In this document: piece after piece, positions 12,228 to 26,376 of the stretch
How positions within the stretch are numbered: the first letter of the stretch is position 1
Layout: each line of letters opens with the position of its first letter
DNA from: Octopus bimaculoides
Lineage: Eukaryota
Direction of reading: 5' to 3'
Length of the DNA: 64,000 bases
Assembly: GCF_001194135.2 (NCBI RefSeq)
Contig: NC_068985.1
Span: forward strand, 103,176,735-103,240,734
The notes under the pieces: model-generated
What the model was told of the DNA's origin: nothing
The model's input: the letters and a program-made list of their open reading frames with translations, nothing else
Database searches by the model: none
Translations under genes and position numbers: made by a program

Positions 12228-13290
12228 CATTTAACACCTGTTTTCCATGCTGGCTGCGACGGGATCTGGTGAACCACAGAGCTGCATTGTGCTCAGTGTC
12301 AGCTTGGGTATAGTTTCTATGGCTGGATGCCCCAATCGCCTTCTTGTTAAGGTGGATGGAAGTATCCAGGAAAAGGTAGTGATGGGCTGCCAGAGTAAAG
12401 CCCAGGAGGAACAAGAGATGGTATGAGAAATGGAATAGGAGGAACAGGTGGTTATAAAAGTGAAAGGAGAAAATAACAGATGGTTAGATGTCAGGGTAGA
12501 GGTGAATGTAGTAGTGAGTGATGAATAGGAGTGGAATTGTGGATTGATGGGAAATATCAGTATGGATGGGGAAGAAGAAGAGAGGGGGTAGGAGTGACTA
12601 AGGGATGATAGTTCAAGGAGTAGGAGATAAAAGCTGTTGGAAAGGATATATAGGGTAGCTATTGTGTGTGATCCTGGTGGCAGATAAGAACAGATATACT
12701 AGGTGTTAAGATGAAGTATGGCTGAGGGATGTGGAGGGGAAATAGTATGTGGAAAGGAAGGCAGTAACTAGTAACACAATGGATTAGGGGATGTAATATC
12801 AAGGAGAGGTGGTTAGGGAGTTGAGATGTAGGCAATTCTTGACAGGGCAGTATGGGTGTAGTGAGAGGGGTAAGTGTAGGAGAGGGGTAAGTGGGAAATG
12901 TTTGACAAGGCTGTATGGGTGTAGGGACTGCACCCAGTACATAAAATCATAGACAAAATGTATCTAGGACCTGGTATATTTGCTGTGATGGATGGGTCTT
13001 CTTGAGCACTGCAAATTGCCAATCATTTCCGTGAGACTAAGCATCTTGAAATCAACCTTCACTACTTTCCTCGCTCTCTTTCACAAGTTCCATCCACTTT
13101 AAATGATGAGAACTTCTTTATGCAGCTGTCCTCATCCATGTGTATCACATGACCAAACCAGTGCAATCTCTCTTGCACATTACATCTAATTCCTCATGCA
13201 CAATTTTTTTCTATATCATCTCCGTTGTACATGCACATCTGATGAAGCATACTAGTTTCATTCCTCTCAAGTCTTCACATATCTACTGAA
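12228..13290 (-). mobile_element. RTE-clade LINE 3' fragment (RT C-terminal remnant plus 3' UTR)
   Basis: The minus strand of about 12960-13290 gives RLERNETSMLH and a frameshifted remnant of RRLHWYGHV, homologous to the RTE fragment at 63112-63600; a purine/pyrimidine-biased UTR follows. Confidence 0.7.
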
Positions 13291-14802
13291 TATATTATTA
13301 TATATATATATTATTTATATTCATGAAATCAGAGAAGGGTAAAATGCAGCGTTTTTAACTGTGTGAAGCCTAAATAGTGCTATAAATAAAGTGGCTTTAA
13401 CTGTGAATTGAAATCAGTTCCTGGCATGACACACTGGAATCTTACTTCACCTTAAGTTGTTTACTACATTAACAAACATATTTACTCCCATATTTTTCCA
13501 CTTATGAAAATCAAAAGAGTTGTACTTCTTGAAAGTCCTTTTAAATATGTACTTTTCCATCACTGTGCTCCTTTAGCACATCAATGTGTGCATTTGTGCA
13601 AATGCATAATATGCACACACTTGAATTGTATGAAATGATATTGGCAAATGAATACTTTACAACTCATGAAGTAAAAGAATTTGGCTATATTTCAACAACA
13701 ACCTATATTTTTGTATAATAAAGGAAGCAAAAATTAATATGAACACAAACTAAAAATAATTATGAAAAAAATTCTGTCAAAGTTTTCCAATTAACACTCC
13801 ACTGAAAAGAAGGCAATAAAAATAGAATAACAAATAATTTAAATATACAGTTTAAAAAATGATTTTGTATTTATTTTGTAAATTTTTTTCTCTTTAATTT
13901 TAAAGAGTTTTTATTTATTTATTTTTGCTCAAGTTATTTTACAAATATTTCTCCATGGTTAGTTAATTCCATGTGATCATCATAACTGGGGATATTTTCC
14001 TAATTTATTCCTTTTAATTTGATTATGAAACAGCTGAATAATTTACTATGCCAGATCAACAGTTAGTTTTTTCTACCTATTTAATTTCATTTGGTCATAT
14101 TATTTTGCAGTTCCTTTTCTTTTTGTTTGTGTGTTGTGCATTTTGTGTGTGTGTTTAATCTCTTGCTGAACTATTTCCAGTTGGAAAGAAGTTTGCTTTT
14201 TTGAACACTAGGGCTTGTTTTAATTATTAACAATCTTCCCACTTCTCTGTCATTCTTTCTCACTATGGTACAGACAATTATTTCTTTACTTTGCTATCTG
14301 AAACAGACTCCTGTATCTTCATTCCTTTTGTATGCTAACTTTGGTTCTTCCCTTTCTTTTTATGCTACTCTTCTGTATTCTTTTTCTACTCTTTTCTCTT
14401 TCCTTTTCCAGCTATTCATTCACATGATACTATTATGTCCATTTCATACACACTTGCTTCCACTGAGGATACACTTCACCAATGTACCCTTTCCTTCCAA
14501 ATAGTTTCAAACTGTTCTTCAGCATCATACCATCACTCCCTTTCACACCTTATCTATTCTCTGACCACATTTCATCATTTCTTCCTTTTCCATTACTTTC
14601 ATTCAACCTTTTCCAAATCTTGGTTCTACTTGCCATATTTACCTTTAATGTATATTTTAAGCTTCTGTTTACTTGCGTTACTTTTTTACTTTCATTGACA
14701 AAGCTTTACTCTTTTTATTTCTACCTCATTCCTTGTTCTCATTTGCTCAGTGCTCCTTTCATCTCTTAAATTCATCATGATTCTCAGATCTTTAGAATCC
14801 TT

Positions 14803-15164
14803 TGTCTTTTCTTTCGAGTCCCTACATAGTCACTTTGCTTTTTTTTTTTTTCAATTTTTGCCAACTCCAACAATGACTGTCAACATACAGTCAAAACATG
14901 GATGGATGGATGGATGAATGGATGGGTGGATGGATGGATCGCAACAGAAAGATAGATTAAGGAAAAGAAAAAAGAAGGAACTAAAAAACATAGTTAGACA
15001 GACAGACAGACAGACAGATAGATAGACATACATACATACATACACACATACATACGTACGTACGTGCATACATGTCTTTCTTTCGAGCCCCTACATAGTC
15101 ACTTTGCTTTTTGTTTCAATTTCTGCCAACTCCAACAATGACCATCAACATACAGTCAAAACAT
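14803..15164. repeat. ~95-bp direct duplication flanking a compound tetranucleotide microsatellite
   Basis: 14803-14899 and 15073-15164 are near-identical (tgtctt..ttcgag.ccctacatagtcactttgc...cagtcaaaacat). Between them lie GGAT, GACA, GATA, CATA and CGTA runs. Confidence 0.9.
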
Positions 15165-15689
15165 TTATGCTGTTTAATCAGGTGCTTTGTTTTTTCTCTC
15201 TCTTTAATTTTCTACAAGTAAATGTTGAAATAGTCATTTTTTTTTTTATTAATTGTTTTTAAGAGTTTTCTTAAGTATCGTTAAAGTGTTTTACGGCTTT
15301 ATTTTACTAACACTAAATCCAAATGAATAGCACTGAATCTTATATGCTACTATTTACAATTCAGTCAGGAATTATTGGCTCAAATGGTTATTTATGAGTT
15401 TTGGAACTTTTAGAGATTTTTGAAAACAAATAATTTAGATGCTATTCTCATGAAAGCCAATAGTTAAGTTAGTGTTAACATATTTGATATAAGGAGCATT
15501 AAAATGCTAACTAGAAACTGTTATACAGTGAAGAAGAAAAGATTGCTAGTCAAAGAATAATATTATTTTCACTTTAGCAAGTATTGAAGACAACTTTCTA
15601 TAAAACTTGGTTTCTATTTTTTTTAATGTTTGTTTATAGATATATAAAGTCAGAGCTGACTTGAGTGTGGGAGACTAAACAATATCTAT

Positions 15690-16106
15690 ACTCTTTTACT
15701 CTTTTTACTCTTTTACTCGTTTCAGTCATTTGACTGCGGCCATGCTGGAGCACCGCCTTTAGTCGAGAAAATCGACCCCAGGACTTATTCTTTGGAAGCC
15801 TAGTACTTATTCTATCAGACCCTCTTTTGCCGAACTGCTAAGTTACAGGGACGTAAACACACCACCATCGGTTGTCAAGCGTTGGTGGGGAGACAAACAC
15901 AGACACAAACACATGCACACACATATACATATACATATATATGACGGGCTTCTTTCAGTTTCTGTCTACCAAATCCACTCACAAGGCTTTGGTCGTCCCG
16001 AGGCTATAGTAGAAGACACTTGCCCAAGGTGCCACACAGTGAGACTGAACTCGGAACCATGTGGTTGGTAAGCAAGCTACTTACCACACAGCCACTCTTG
16101 CGCCTA
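15690..16106 (-). mobile_element. SINE family A, full length
   Basis: Reverse complement of the 10378 and 20444 copies. Confidence 0.92.
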
Positions 16107-18763
16107 TTTTATGAAATTTAATTATTTCTGTTTTTTATAATCTTTTTCAACAGCTAAACATATTATCTATACTGACATTCATCAAAAAATTAATAGACTC
16201 TCACTAGAAAAGTGCATTTATTCTTACATTTATTGTTGTTTGATATATGAAAAAACTATAAATTGTATACAGGCTTAAAAAATGACTATTTATTCATGTA
16301 TAATATGCACTCATGTGTAATGCACATAATAATAGTAATGAAATCTTATGCAAAATATTTCACATGTATAATATACTGTGATTTATATATATTGACTTAC
16401 ATTTAATATCATATCTAGAAAGTCAGATTTATTTTAATTGCTGTATAAAATACACTGTATAACAAATTCTAAGGTAACCTTTGAACTTTATTGGTGTAGG
16501 CTGTAAGCATTCACCTGCTGTAAACAAGTCAACATTATGGAAATTACAGAATCAGTGTTATTGGTATACACTATTCAATGTTGTTTACTGAAAACTATGT
16601 GACTGACTTTGGGCTGAATAACAACAATGAAACTAGCAACAACAAAAAACAAATCCAAAATTAAAAGAATCTACACACAAAATTATCAGCAAACAACCTG
16701 AGCTGGAAACTTTGTTTTCAAATAAACCCCATAAATATGAAACTGTATAAATATTAACAATCACTGATGTCTATATTTACTCTAGGGAGTCATTTCTTAC
16801 CTCCGCTAGCATGACAGTGTAGTTAAAAAATTTGCTTGAAAGTCATGTGATTAGGGGCTCAGTCCCAATGCATGAATGCTGTTTGTTGGTGTCCTATGTC
16901 TTTGAGTTGACCAATACTTTGTGAGTGAAATTTAGCAGACAGAAATAGGAAGAAGCTTGTCATGTTTTTGTGTGTATGCATGTTCCCTTTGTCTTGATAT
17001 GACTTGACAAAAACATCACTGTTCATATAAACAATGTCATATGTTTGCAGTCTTCCAAAAAGCATGTCTAGATTTTTCATTGTTTGATAGATGGATAGAA
17101 TTATTAATTTATTTTTGAAACAGGTGAGGATTTGCATCAGGTAGGGAATCCAATCAAAGAAAATTCTGCCTTAAATGAAATCTTGTCTATGCATCAGCAT
17201 AGAAGAGCAGATATTAAAATGATGATGGTAATGATAGTGATGCCAAAAAATTCTCTCACCAACTGAAGAGCAGATTGTATGAGAGTTGTGTACAAAGTGT
17301 AATATTACCTGGTAGTGAATATGGTCATTGAATGTGTAAGATATACAAAGGCTTGACAATAATGAGGTATGCTTCTTTCCCAAGACTGAGAATACAGAAA
17401 GAAGTGATGTACTCAAAAGGGAATGATAAGGGACTGAAATAAATGATGAAAATTTGTGCTAGAAAAGACCTATCCAGTTTTGTGAACATATACAAATAGA
17501 TGTAGAAATCATGTAGATAGTGATGTACACATATGGACATGTGTGTGCGCACACAGGAGTGTGTGTGTGCCTGAAACATCACCATTAAACAATAACAAAA
17601 ATTAAGATTCCTCAAAGTACAGGGAAAATCTATTAGGGTTTAGTCTTATTAAATTTTATTATTTATATGCTTGGCAAATTGTACATAACCAATTCCTTTG
17701 AACTCATGTAAAATGTGCCAATTTTTATTTTTACTTTTAGCATTTGTTAGCTATTTTTATTCTTTATTTTCTTCTTTTATTCAAAATGGGGAAACTTTGT
17801 ATAGAAATAGTTCAGGTTTTGTTTATTTCAAGCAAAGTTATTATTTTTTTTTTTAGATTTTCTTTTTCCGTTTATATCTCCTAGAGCTATCGGCCTACTC
17901 TCAAGGGATTTTGAGTCTTAGGTCATTCTTGTTTTAGAAATGTTCATATTTCTCTTTCTCTTTACAATTCTCATTTACTCTTAAATTTTCTTTCCTTTTT
18001 CTCCTTTCCATACATTCTTTTCCTTTCTTACTTTCTTTTCTTTCTTACTCTCTTTTCTTTCTTTTGGTATTTATTCCACTCCTCCGTTTGCCGACTCTTT
18101 TTGTCCCAGTTTAACCTTTTTTCCCTTTCTTTTTGCATTTATTAAATGTTGGTCAGTAGAAAATATATTATATAGTAGTTGAAAATTAAACTTATCAATA
18201 CATATACTCCTGTCTGTATTATATTGACTACTTGCCATAATCTTGCCTATTGTATTTCTGACTCTTAGCTATATGTAGTCATCATCAATATCATTATCTT
18301 ATTTATCATTGTCCATTTCTCAAAGCTGGCATGATTTGGCCAGGTTTTTTAGTCTCAGTCCTGCATTATCTTATCTGTTGGGGGTTAACATTGAGCCCAA
18401 CCTAACTACTATTCAATAGGTTACTTAGTGCACTTAAACTGTAAAAATGTCTTTCATTACCAACTGAAGATACTTTCTCACCTACAATGCATCATTAATT
18501 TCCATATATTTCAAGTTGTATAAACTAGAAATGTTCAGTTTTCTTGTCACTTTATCTGTTCTGCACTATTAGCAGTTAATAGAATGTTTAAAAATTAAAA
18601 AGATTAGAATCAGCGTCTTTTGGTTTTTGTAGTTAGTTGTATCTATGTAAGAATTGATAATCAGCTTTCATATTTCCATTGTAAAAGTAATTTTTAGTTT
18701 TTCCTGCTTCTTTTGGTGTTTTTGTGACTATTTACTTCTTATAATTTTGTTATAATTTATATC

Positions 18764-19052
18764 CTTCGTTGCCAGAACCGCTGGACTGGCTCCTGTGCAG
18801 GTGGCACATAAAATACACCATTTCGAGCGTGGCCATTGCCAGTACCTCCTGACTGGCCTTCGTGCCAGTGGCACATAAAAGCACCCACTACACTCTCGCA
18901 GTGGTTGGTGTTAGGAAGGGCATCCAGCTGTAGAAACTCGGCCAAATCAGATTGGAGCCTGGTGTAGCCATCTGGTTCACCAGTCCTCAGTCAAATCGTC
19001 CAACCCATGCTAGCATGGAAAGCAGACGTTAAACGATGATGATGATGATGAT
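18764..19052 (+). mobile_element. Repeat family C (RTE-like 3' end with (GAT)n tail)
   Basis: Ends cccatgctagcatggaaagcagacgttaaac(gat)n; multiple near-identical copies in the window. Confidence 0.85.
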
Positions 19053-19859
19053 CTTCGCTAGAATGCAGAGAAGGGGCATTTAGGTTAAAAAGGAAGTGTA
19101 GTTTTCTAATTTTTTAAATTTACCCAAGTTACCATTTGGGCAAAATTATAGACTGTGTCTCAGAATTAATGGTCATACTTTACAATTTCCATGTGTGTGA
19201 AATTCTCTGACTGGAGAATGCATGTACTTAATTTATCAACCTCTGAAGAAGTTTCAAATTTGTTGTGAATTGGAAACAAGGTTACCTGTTTCATTGAAAT
19301 GATTTTGTTAATTTAACTGTCAATAGTTCATATCTGTACTTGATTTATTAGCCTCAGAAGCATGGAAGGTAAAGTTGTCCCTTGCAGGATTTGAATTCCA
19401 GATGTAAAGTAACTCACTAGATTATGTAAAGATATTTAGTCAGTCATTCCAATACTTCTACCTTCCACCACCCTCTTTTGAATTGGAAAATTTAATAATT
19501 GTGATAATGATGATAATTTGTACTCCCATCCTGAGGCTAATCCTGTTCATTGGATAAAAAAAAATTAAATTAAACTGAATCAAATAACAAGTCTTTACAA
19601 GTTAAACAGCTCTCAGTTACTCAGCATCCACATGTACCAATGCTGTCACACACACACACATACACACACACACACACATGCACACACCTGCACAAAATAT
19701 GTTTAATTATATAGTTATATGCTGTAGGAACATAGTGAATACTCAAAATATTTTAATAATCTCATGCAGCAAGTAAAAGGAAAACATGCTAATTATGTAC
19801 GCACACACACATACACACACACCATTTGACAGAAGATAATAGTTGTGTTGAAAATAGGC

Positions 19860-20197
19860 ACAAGGCCTTAGATTTCAGGCATAGAGGCTCATTTCTTGAA
19901 TTAACCCAAATACATGACTGGTATTTTATTTTATCACTCTCTAAAGGATGAGTAGTAAAGTTGACTTGGTAATTTGAAATATAGTAATAATAATTCAAAT
20001 TTTGGCTCAAAATCCAGCAAGTTTGGGAAGAGGCAGTTACATTGATTCCCATGCTCAACTAGTTCTTATTTATTGAACCTGAAATGATGAAATGCAGTTG
20101 TCCTCAGCGGAATTTGAATTCAGAACATAAAGAGTGGAAGAAATGCTGCTAAGCATTTTGTCCAACATGTTAACACCTGCGCCGACTTGCTGCCTTA
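19860..20197 (-). mobile_element. SINE family D, diverged copy or copies
   Basis: Reverse complement of the family D head (ggcagcaag...ttaacatgttggacaaaatgcttagcagc...ttctgaattcaaattccgc) seen at 39578-40255. Confidence 0.7.
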
Positions 20198-20443
20198 ATA
20201 ATTATAATTAAAATCACAATAATAATTGTTCCTAATTTAGGGAACAAGGTTAACAATCTTGAGTTGATATCATCGATCCCCTAATACAGGTACAACATGG
20301 ATTATCTGGAACCTTTGATCCCATGCCCTTTCCAGTTTACTGACTTTTCCAAACCAGGTGTGGTCACCTTGATAAATACATTCTAAATTAACAAAATATT
20401 AAGTTTACTTCAATTATTAAATGAAATACAGTTATTTGTTCAT

Positions 20444-20880
20444 TAGGCATAGGAGTGGCTGTGTGGTAAGTAGCTTGCTTACGAACCACATAGTTCCGGG
20501 TTCAGTCTCACTGTGTGGCACCTTGGGCAAGTGTCTTCTACTATAGCCTCGGGCCGACCAAAGCCTTGTGAGTGGATTTGGTAGACGGAAACTGAAAGAA
20601 GCCCATCGTATATATGTATATATATGTGTGTGTATGTATATGTTTGTGTGTGTGTATATGTTTGTGTGTCTGTGTTTGTCCCCCCAATATCACTTGACAA
20701 CCGATGCTGGTGTGTTTACGTCCACATAACTTAGCGGTTCGGCAAAAGAGACCAATAGAATAAGTACTAGGCTTACAAAGAATAAGTCCTGGGGTTGATT
20801 TGCTCGACTAAAGGCGGTGCTCCAGCATGGCCGCAGTCAAATGACTAAAACAAGTAAAAGAGTAAAAGAGTTAAGAGAGT
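20444..20880 (+). mobile_element. SINE family A, full length
   Basis: taggcataggagtggctgtgtggtaag...gggttcagtc head through the (taaaagag)n tail. Confidence 0.92.
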
Positions 20881-23168
20881 ATAAATGATGCAAGTTTATA
20901 AATACTGTTCCATGCGAGGTACTAGTCTAGTGGCTGCAGGAATTTGAGGTTCCTGCTTATAAATTAGTGCAGATTACAAGAGGTTCTTAGAAGCTGGCCT
21001 TGTTCCTGTACTTGTTATAATAAAAACTTTTTAGGCAGAAAGCTATGTGTTTTTGGATAGAATTGTATTAATATTTTATTCATCCTACTACTCGAATGGT
21101 AGTTATTTTACCCATCCAGGATGGATGAAAAGAGTTAAAAAAAGATAGGATTTGAAATCATATTGAAAAGAAACACAACTAAATACTATTGTATGGCATT
21201 TTGTCTGACATTCTACTGTTTCTGTGAATCTGTTGTGCTAAGCATAATAATAATTTTAATTTTGTCTAACGCTCTGTCAATAATAATTGTACAAAGCCAC
21301 ATATTTTGGTGTAGAGAAGAAAAAAAATTTATTTCATTATTTGCTTGGTATTTACTTCATATACATTCTGCATTCAAATCTTTTTGGGTTTACCTTTGCC
21401 ATTTATGTCTTCATGCTTGATAAAATTAGCTCCAATAATGTACTGGGTTGATTCAGTTGTTGTTATCCCTTTCAAAACAAATTTTTTATCTTGTGCTAAT
21501 CATTATCATTTGCACTGAAGCAAAGAAAATTATATGAATAAATTGAAGAATTTTATAGAAAGTTTGCTTACATGATAAATGGAAATATTTTTGAATGGAC
21601 AGAGAGGTGGATTACTTGAAGAAAATCTTTGTGTTAAGATGCGACAATTTCGATAAAAATTTATCATTCAAGTAAGAGAGCCATATGATTGTAGAAAACC
21701 AATTTCAGCCCTAATCTTTCAAGAGTGTTTTATATTCATGCATTTTGCTTGAATTGCGTAGGTGTTGGTTTATTGACTAAAAGGTTTATTATTCATATTC
21801 TACCACCATCACTGCATTATGCTCTTGAAAGAAACACTATACTCTCAATGTCAAAGTTGGCCTTATTACAAAAAAAAAACCATGGTGGTTTGTGGAATAC
21901 AGTTTGCTATTCTAAGCAGACATGTATTATTTCAAGCTCTATTTTGTAATGTTTTTCAGTTTATCTTTTGTCTATACACATAAAAATGCTGTCTTCAGAA
22001 GTGTTTCAGTTGGTTCGTTATTGGGCATTATTCATTTTAGCTCATTCTGCTGCTCAATGAACTCAATATTTAACTGGAATGATCTGTAGTATATGATGAA
22101 AAAAATATCATTTGCATCTCACAATTAAGAGCTCAAATATGTTCTAGAAAGTATTTTACTACAAATGTTAGGTATTCTGAGGGAGCCTCTTGAAATAGCA
22201 GCCAAATCAGTTTCAAATCAGTTCACACCCTACTGTCTTGAAAAAGGAAGGATATTAACATAGAATTAACATTGTTGTATAAAACATAATAGAGAGTTAA
22301 GAATGACCACCAGTAAAATCCAGTTTTATCCTTACCATACATTTTATGAAGCTGAGAGTCCTTCACACTTAAGCTTTTTAACCTCATCATGAATGTTTTG
22401 ATTTTCTCACTTGGTAACCCCTGCCAGAATCTGGAAATGTTTAAGTACCCATAAACTAGCTATATTGGCAGCAGCACTTTGGATTTCTACACCATGGATG
22501 TTGTCACTATAAAGTCATTGAAAGATGAACTACTTTGTTTCTGCCTCTTGTACACTTCCTAATTCCAATATTTTATGATTTAAAATTTGCATCATTATAG
22601 TTCAAAGAAAATGCACCAAATTTTCCCACCAGATGCAACACAACTTATAGCTAGATAGTTAGATAGGCAGACAGGCTGGCACATATATAAGTAGGTAGGT
22701 TTGATAGATGCTTGATGAGTGATAGATGGATAGGTAGAGATGTAGATAGAAGAATGGATAGATATTAAGTAAGATAGAAATATATGTTGGTATATTGATT
22801 GATAGATAAATGAAGCTTTTGAATAAACAGCACTTAACTGGCTCTAATTTTATTTTTTAATTTTTTTTTTTTTTTCTTTGTTGTAAACCTAGAAGATTAT
22901 TATTTTGGAAAAATTTAAGTTTTTGTAACCCTGCCACTTGTAACTTTAATCATTTTGTTCTCTGTCTGTCTCCCTAACCTCTGGGGGATTTTAGGTATTA
23001 TTTTACTAATGTGTCCATCTGTTCTAATTTAATTAAATTCTATGTCTTTGTGCAGCTGAGGATTGCTCTGCATTTTAAATTGATGTAATGATTACATTGT
23101 TCAATTAAATGGAGTTGCATGAAACGATCGTACTGCATTAACTCTGGATGTCCTTGTTGCTTATTTTG

Positions 23169-23215
<47 letters not shown>

Positions 23216-23409
23216 TATTCTGAACTCTGCATCATCTGCCTAACTGCAATATTCTACTGCTTTTAATAAATGAAGCAGAATTGCATATTTCATCATTTTT
23301 TTTCTGTGGTACCCGTTATCTTTTTCACTACCTGAAACCACTTCACTTGACATCCATCTTTTATCAACATTGTCCCACTTCACCCACATTTTACATTGAT
23401 CTACCAAAT

Positions 23410-23455
<46 letters not shown>

Positions 23456-24399
23456 CACCTTCATATAACACTCACTCTCCTATTACACCACATTTGTTTC
23501 ACCCTTCCCCTCTCTTTCATATCATTGTTACTATTCTGCTGTTCTTACACACACACACACACATATTGTTGGTTGATTTGTGGCAGTTGAAATGAAGTAT
23601 GAAGATTACTAAAAATACTCTTCTGTTTACTTATTAAAGGTTTTCTTAGTTGTAAATGATTTGCCAAGTCTTTAAAAAATGAAAATCTTGGAATCACTCC
23701 CATCTGTACTAGCCGAAAGTCTATAGGTTTTCTCAGAATTTTTTGCATTTGGCATTACCATTAGTAATCTTTGGCAAAGACACCTTCTGAATTGATTCTT
23801 TCTGCATAGTAATGCTTGCCTGTTTTCCGGCTTACTTGCCTGCTTGTTCTTATATATGCATAATAATGCACTCTCACAAATACGCACATATACATGTACA
23901 CACATTAAATCAACAAGAAGTCGATATGTGTCATTTGAAAGTGACACACATGCATGCAACAGCAGTAGCTACCTTGTATTCTGTGAGCTACTTCAGACAA
24001 AACAAATCATGTGGTTGCAGCATGTGGTTAAATGAATTTTTGCTTGTAAGTTGGATAGTTTTTTTGTTTTTTTTTGGATGTGCCTAGGTTGTTTGTATGT
24101 AATAGTAGTGGCACTGTTTCAGGCATTTGAGCCATATTTTAATGTGAGTCTGACTTGATCTTTTAAGAGGGTTATCATCTGATCAGGATTAAATATTCTC
24201 TGGCTCAGAAGATGAATCCTATGTTTCGGAATGCAATCTTGGCAATATTACATGACACCATATTTGAGCTCATGAGATTGTGAAATCTTGTCTCTGTAGA
24301 TAAATTCAATGTTTGTTCATGTGTAGGGAGGGTATGATATAAGCTATTTCCTTGATATATATTGTAAAATGGTTAGAGATTAAAGTTATAACTTAAAAA

Positions 24400-24910
24400 C
24401 ATTCTACTGTAGTTTTATGACCACATATGGGCTGTCATAAACCTAAAAGAGAATGTTTTTGAGTTTTACCTTCTTGGATGCAGTGAAAGTCTTGTGTAAA
24501 ATTATCAGTTTACACATGGAATTCATTTGTATGTGGATGGTTAAGGAGTGAGATGTTGAATCATCAGCATATGAGTGAGTTTTTTTTAAGTGATTACAGC
24601 ATGATCATTGAAGTACAAATGGAAGAGCGTGGAATAACAAAACCAAAGTTTGGGGTACACCTGATTTAATTGACTGGTTCAAGAGAGAATTCCATCAGCA
24701 CATTCTGCACTGGAAATTCTGATCCAAGAGAAGAGATCAGTATTAAAACCTGGAGGTAGCTAACTGAAATGGAAAGTTCTCATACCGATTGGTTTTCCTG
24801 ATGATAAAGCAATAATATTAATTTTGTTGAAGTTTCCAAGCGCAAGACAACATTGATAAATAATATGAAGAAGCTCCAAAGCTTCAGACATCCAGTTGGT
24901 TATGAGGATT
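24400..24910 (-). mobile_element. L2/CR1-group LINE reverse-transcriptase fragment (decayed)
   Basis: Minus-strand translation across frameshifts: LGNFNKINIIAL...GFNTDLFSWI...DGILS..QSIKSGVPQ..STLFHLYFND...THSYADDSTSH (YADD motif). Confidence 0.75.
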
Positions 24911-24984
24911 AGTTCTATATGTTTATATGATGTGCATATATGTGAGTAAATTTACCTGTTTTTGTGTACGTGTAGATGATGGAT

Positions 24985-25015
<31 letters not shown>

Positions 25016-26136
25016 NNNNNNNNNNNNNNNNNNNNNNNNNNNNNNNNNNNNNNNNNNNNNNNNNNNNNNNNNNNNNNNNNNNNNNNNNNNNNNNNNNNNN
25101 NNNNNNNNNNNNNNNNNNNNNNNNNNNNNNNNNNNNNNNNNNNNNNNNNNNNNNNNNNNNNNNNNNNNNNNNNNNNNNNNNNNNNNNNNNNNNNNNNNNN
25201 NNNNNNNNNNNNNNNNNNNNNNNNNNNNNNNNNNNNNNNNNNNNNNNNNNNNNNNNATATATATATATATGTCTGCTTATTTGTATTTAAGTATTTCTAA
25301 AATACATGTTAACATGGTTTTTGCAGGTTACTTTTGTGCACTTGCACATGTGTGTGTATGTGTGTTTAGACTTGCGAATCATATTTTCACTAACATATTA
25401 GTTCAGCCATGAGAATCATAATACGTATGTGCGTGTATGTAAGTATTTGCATGTTTATTCATGGAAATGTACTACTGCATATTTCCTTATATTTTGTTTT
25501 GGTGCATCATTAGTATACAATATAGGATGGTGATGGTGGTGGTTTTCCATTAAATTGAGAAAAACATCTAAAGTTCTGTAACAATGTCTGTTATAGTAGC
25601 TGTAACGATATGTAATGGCTCTTGTTGCATCAGAAGGAAGTAGTTCTTTCTAGATGGGGTGACCAGTTGTGACGGTATTTATTATGATAATTCTTGTAGC
25701 CAACCACGACAGGCTGGTGTGTATAATTTGTAAAGTATGTGAGGTAAAGACAGGTATCATAGATTTTTCTTGTATAGGTGTGTTTGTGTTTACGTCATTC
25801 AAGCAGCAGGGAAAGATAGATAGAGTGATGTTGTAGAGAAGAAAAAGTGAGCAAGTGAAAGTGAGAGTGATGGGATGAAACAACTGCTTCGTTGGTGAGT
25901 TACCATAGTTTTCTCTGTGCCTTTTCCTTCAGAGACAGCATTTCGTTTAGCTAATCAGCCAGACTTGGTTCTCACTAACTGACTTTGGTGTACAGAGTTC
26001 TTGTATTTATAACTTTACAAAGCTAGTTAGAAAAATAGATATACTGCAAAGACAATGGATATACTTTGGGGATGAGGTGACGGTTGACTGTTATCTCAAT
26101 TCCATTCTCTACTGCATCAAGAAGTTAAAAGGGTCA

Positions 26137-26376
26137 AGCCCATCGTATATGTATATATGTATGTGTGTGTATATGTTTGTCCCCCCCCCCCCAACATCAC
26201 TTGACAACCGATGTTGGTGTGTTTACGTCCCCTTAACCTAGCGGTTCGGCAAAAGAGACCGATAGAATAAGTACTAGGCTTACAAAGAATAAGTCCTGGG
26301 GTCGATTTGCTCAACTAAAAGCAGTGCTCTAGCATGGCCACAGTCAAATGACTGAAACAAGTTAAAGAATAAAAGA
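26137..26376 (+). mobile_element. SINE family A, 5'-truncated (tail module)
   Basis: Starts at aagcccatcgtatat, just before the internal microsatellite. Confidence 0.85.

Noticed and set aside
22280-22560. Possible LINE remnants (FQILAGV here; endonuclease-like text at about 49380-49760)
   Set aside because: Only one weak motif each; insufficient without a profile search.
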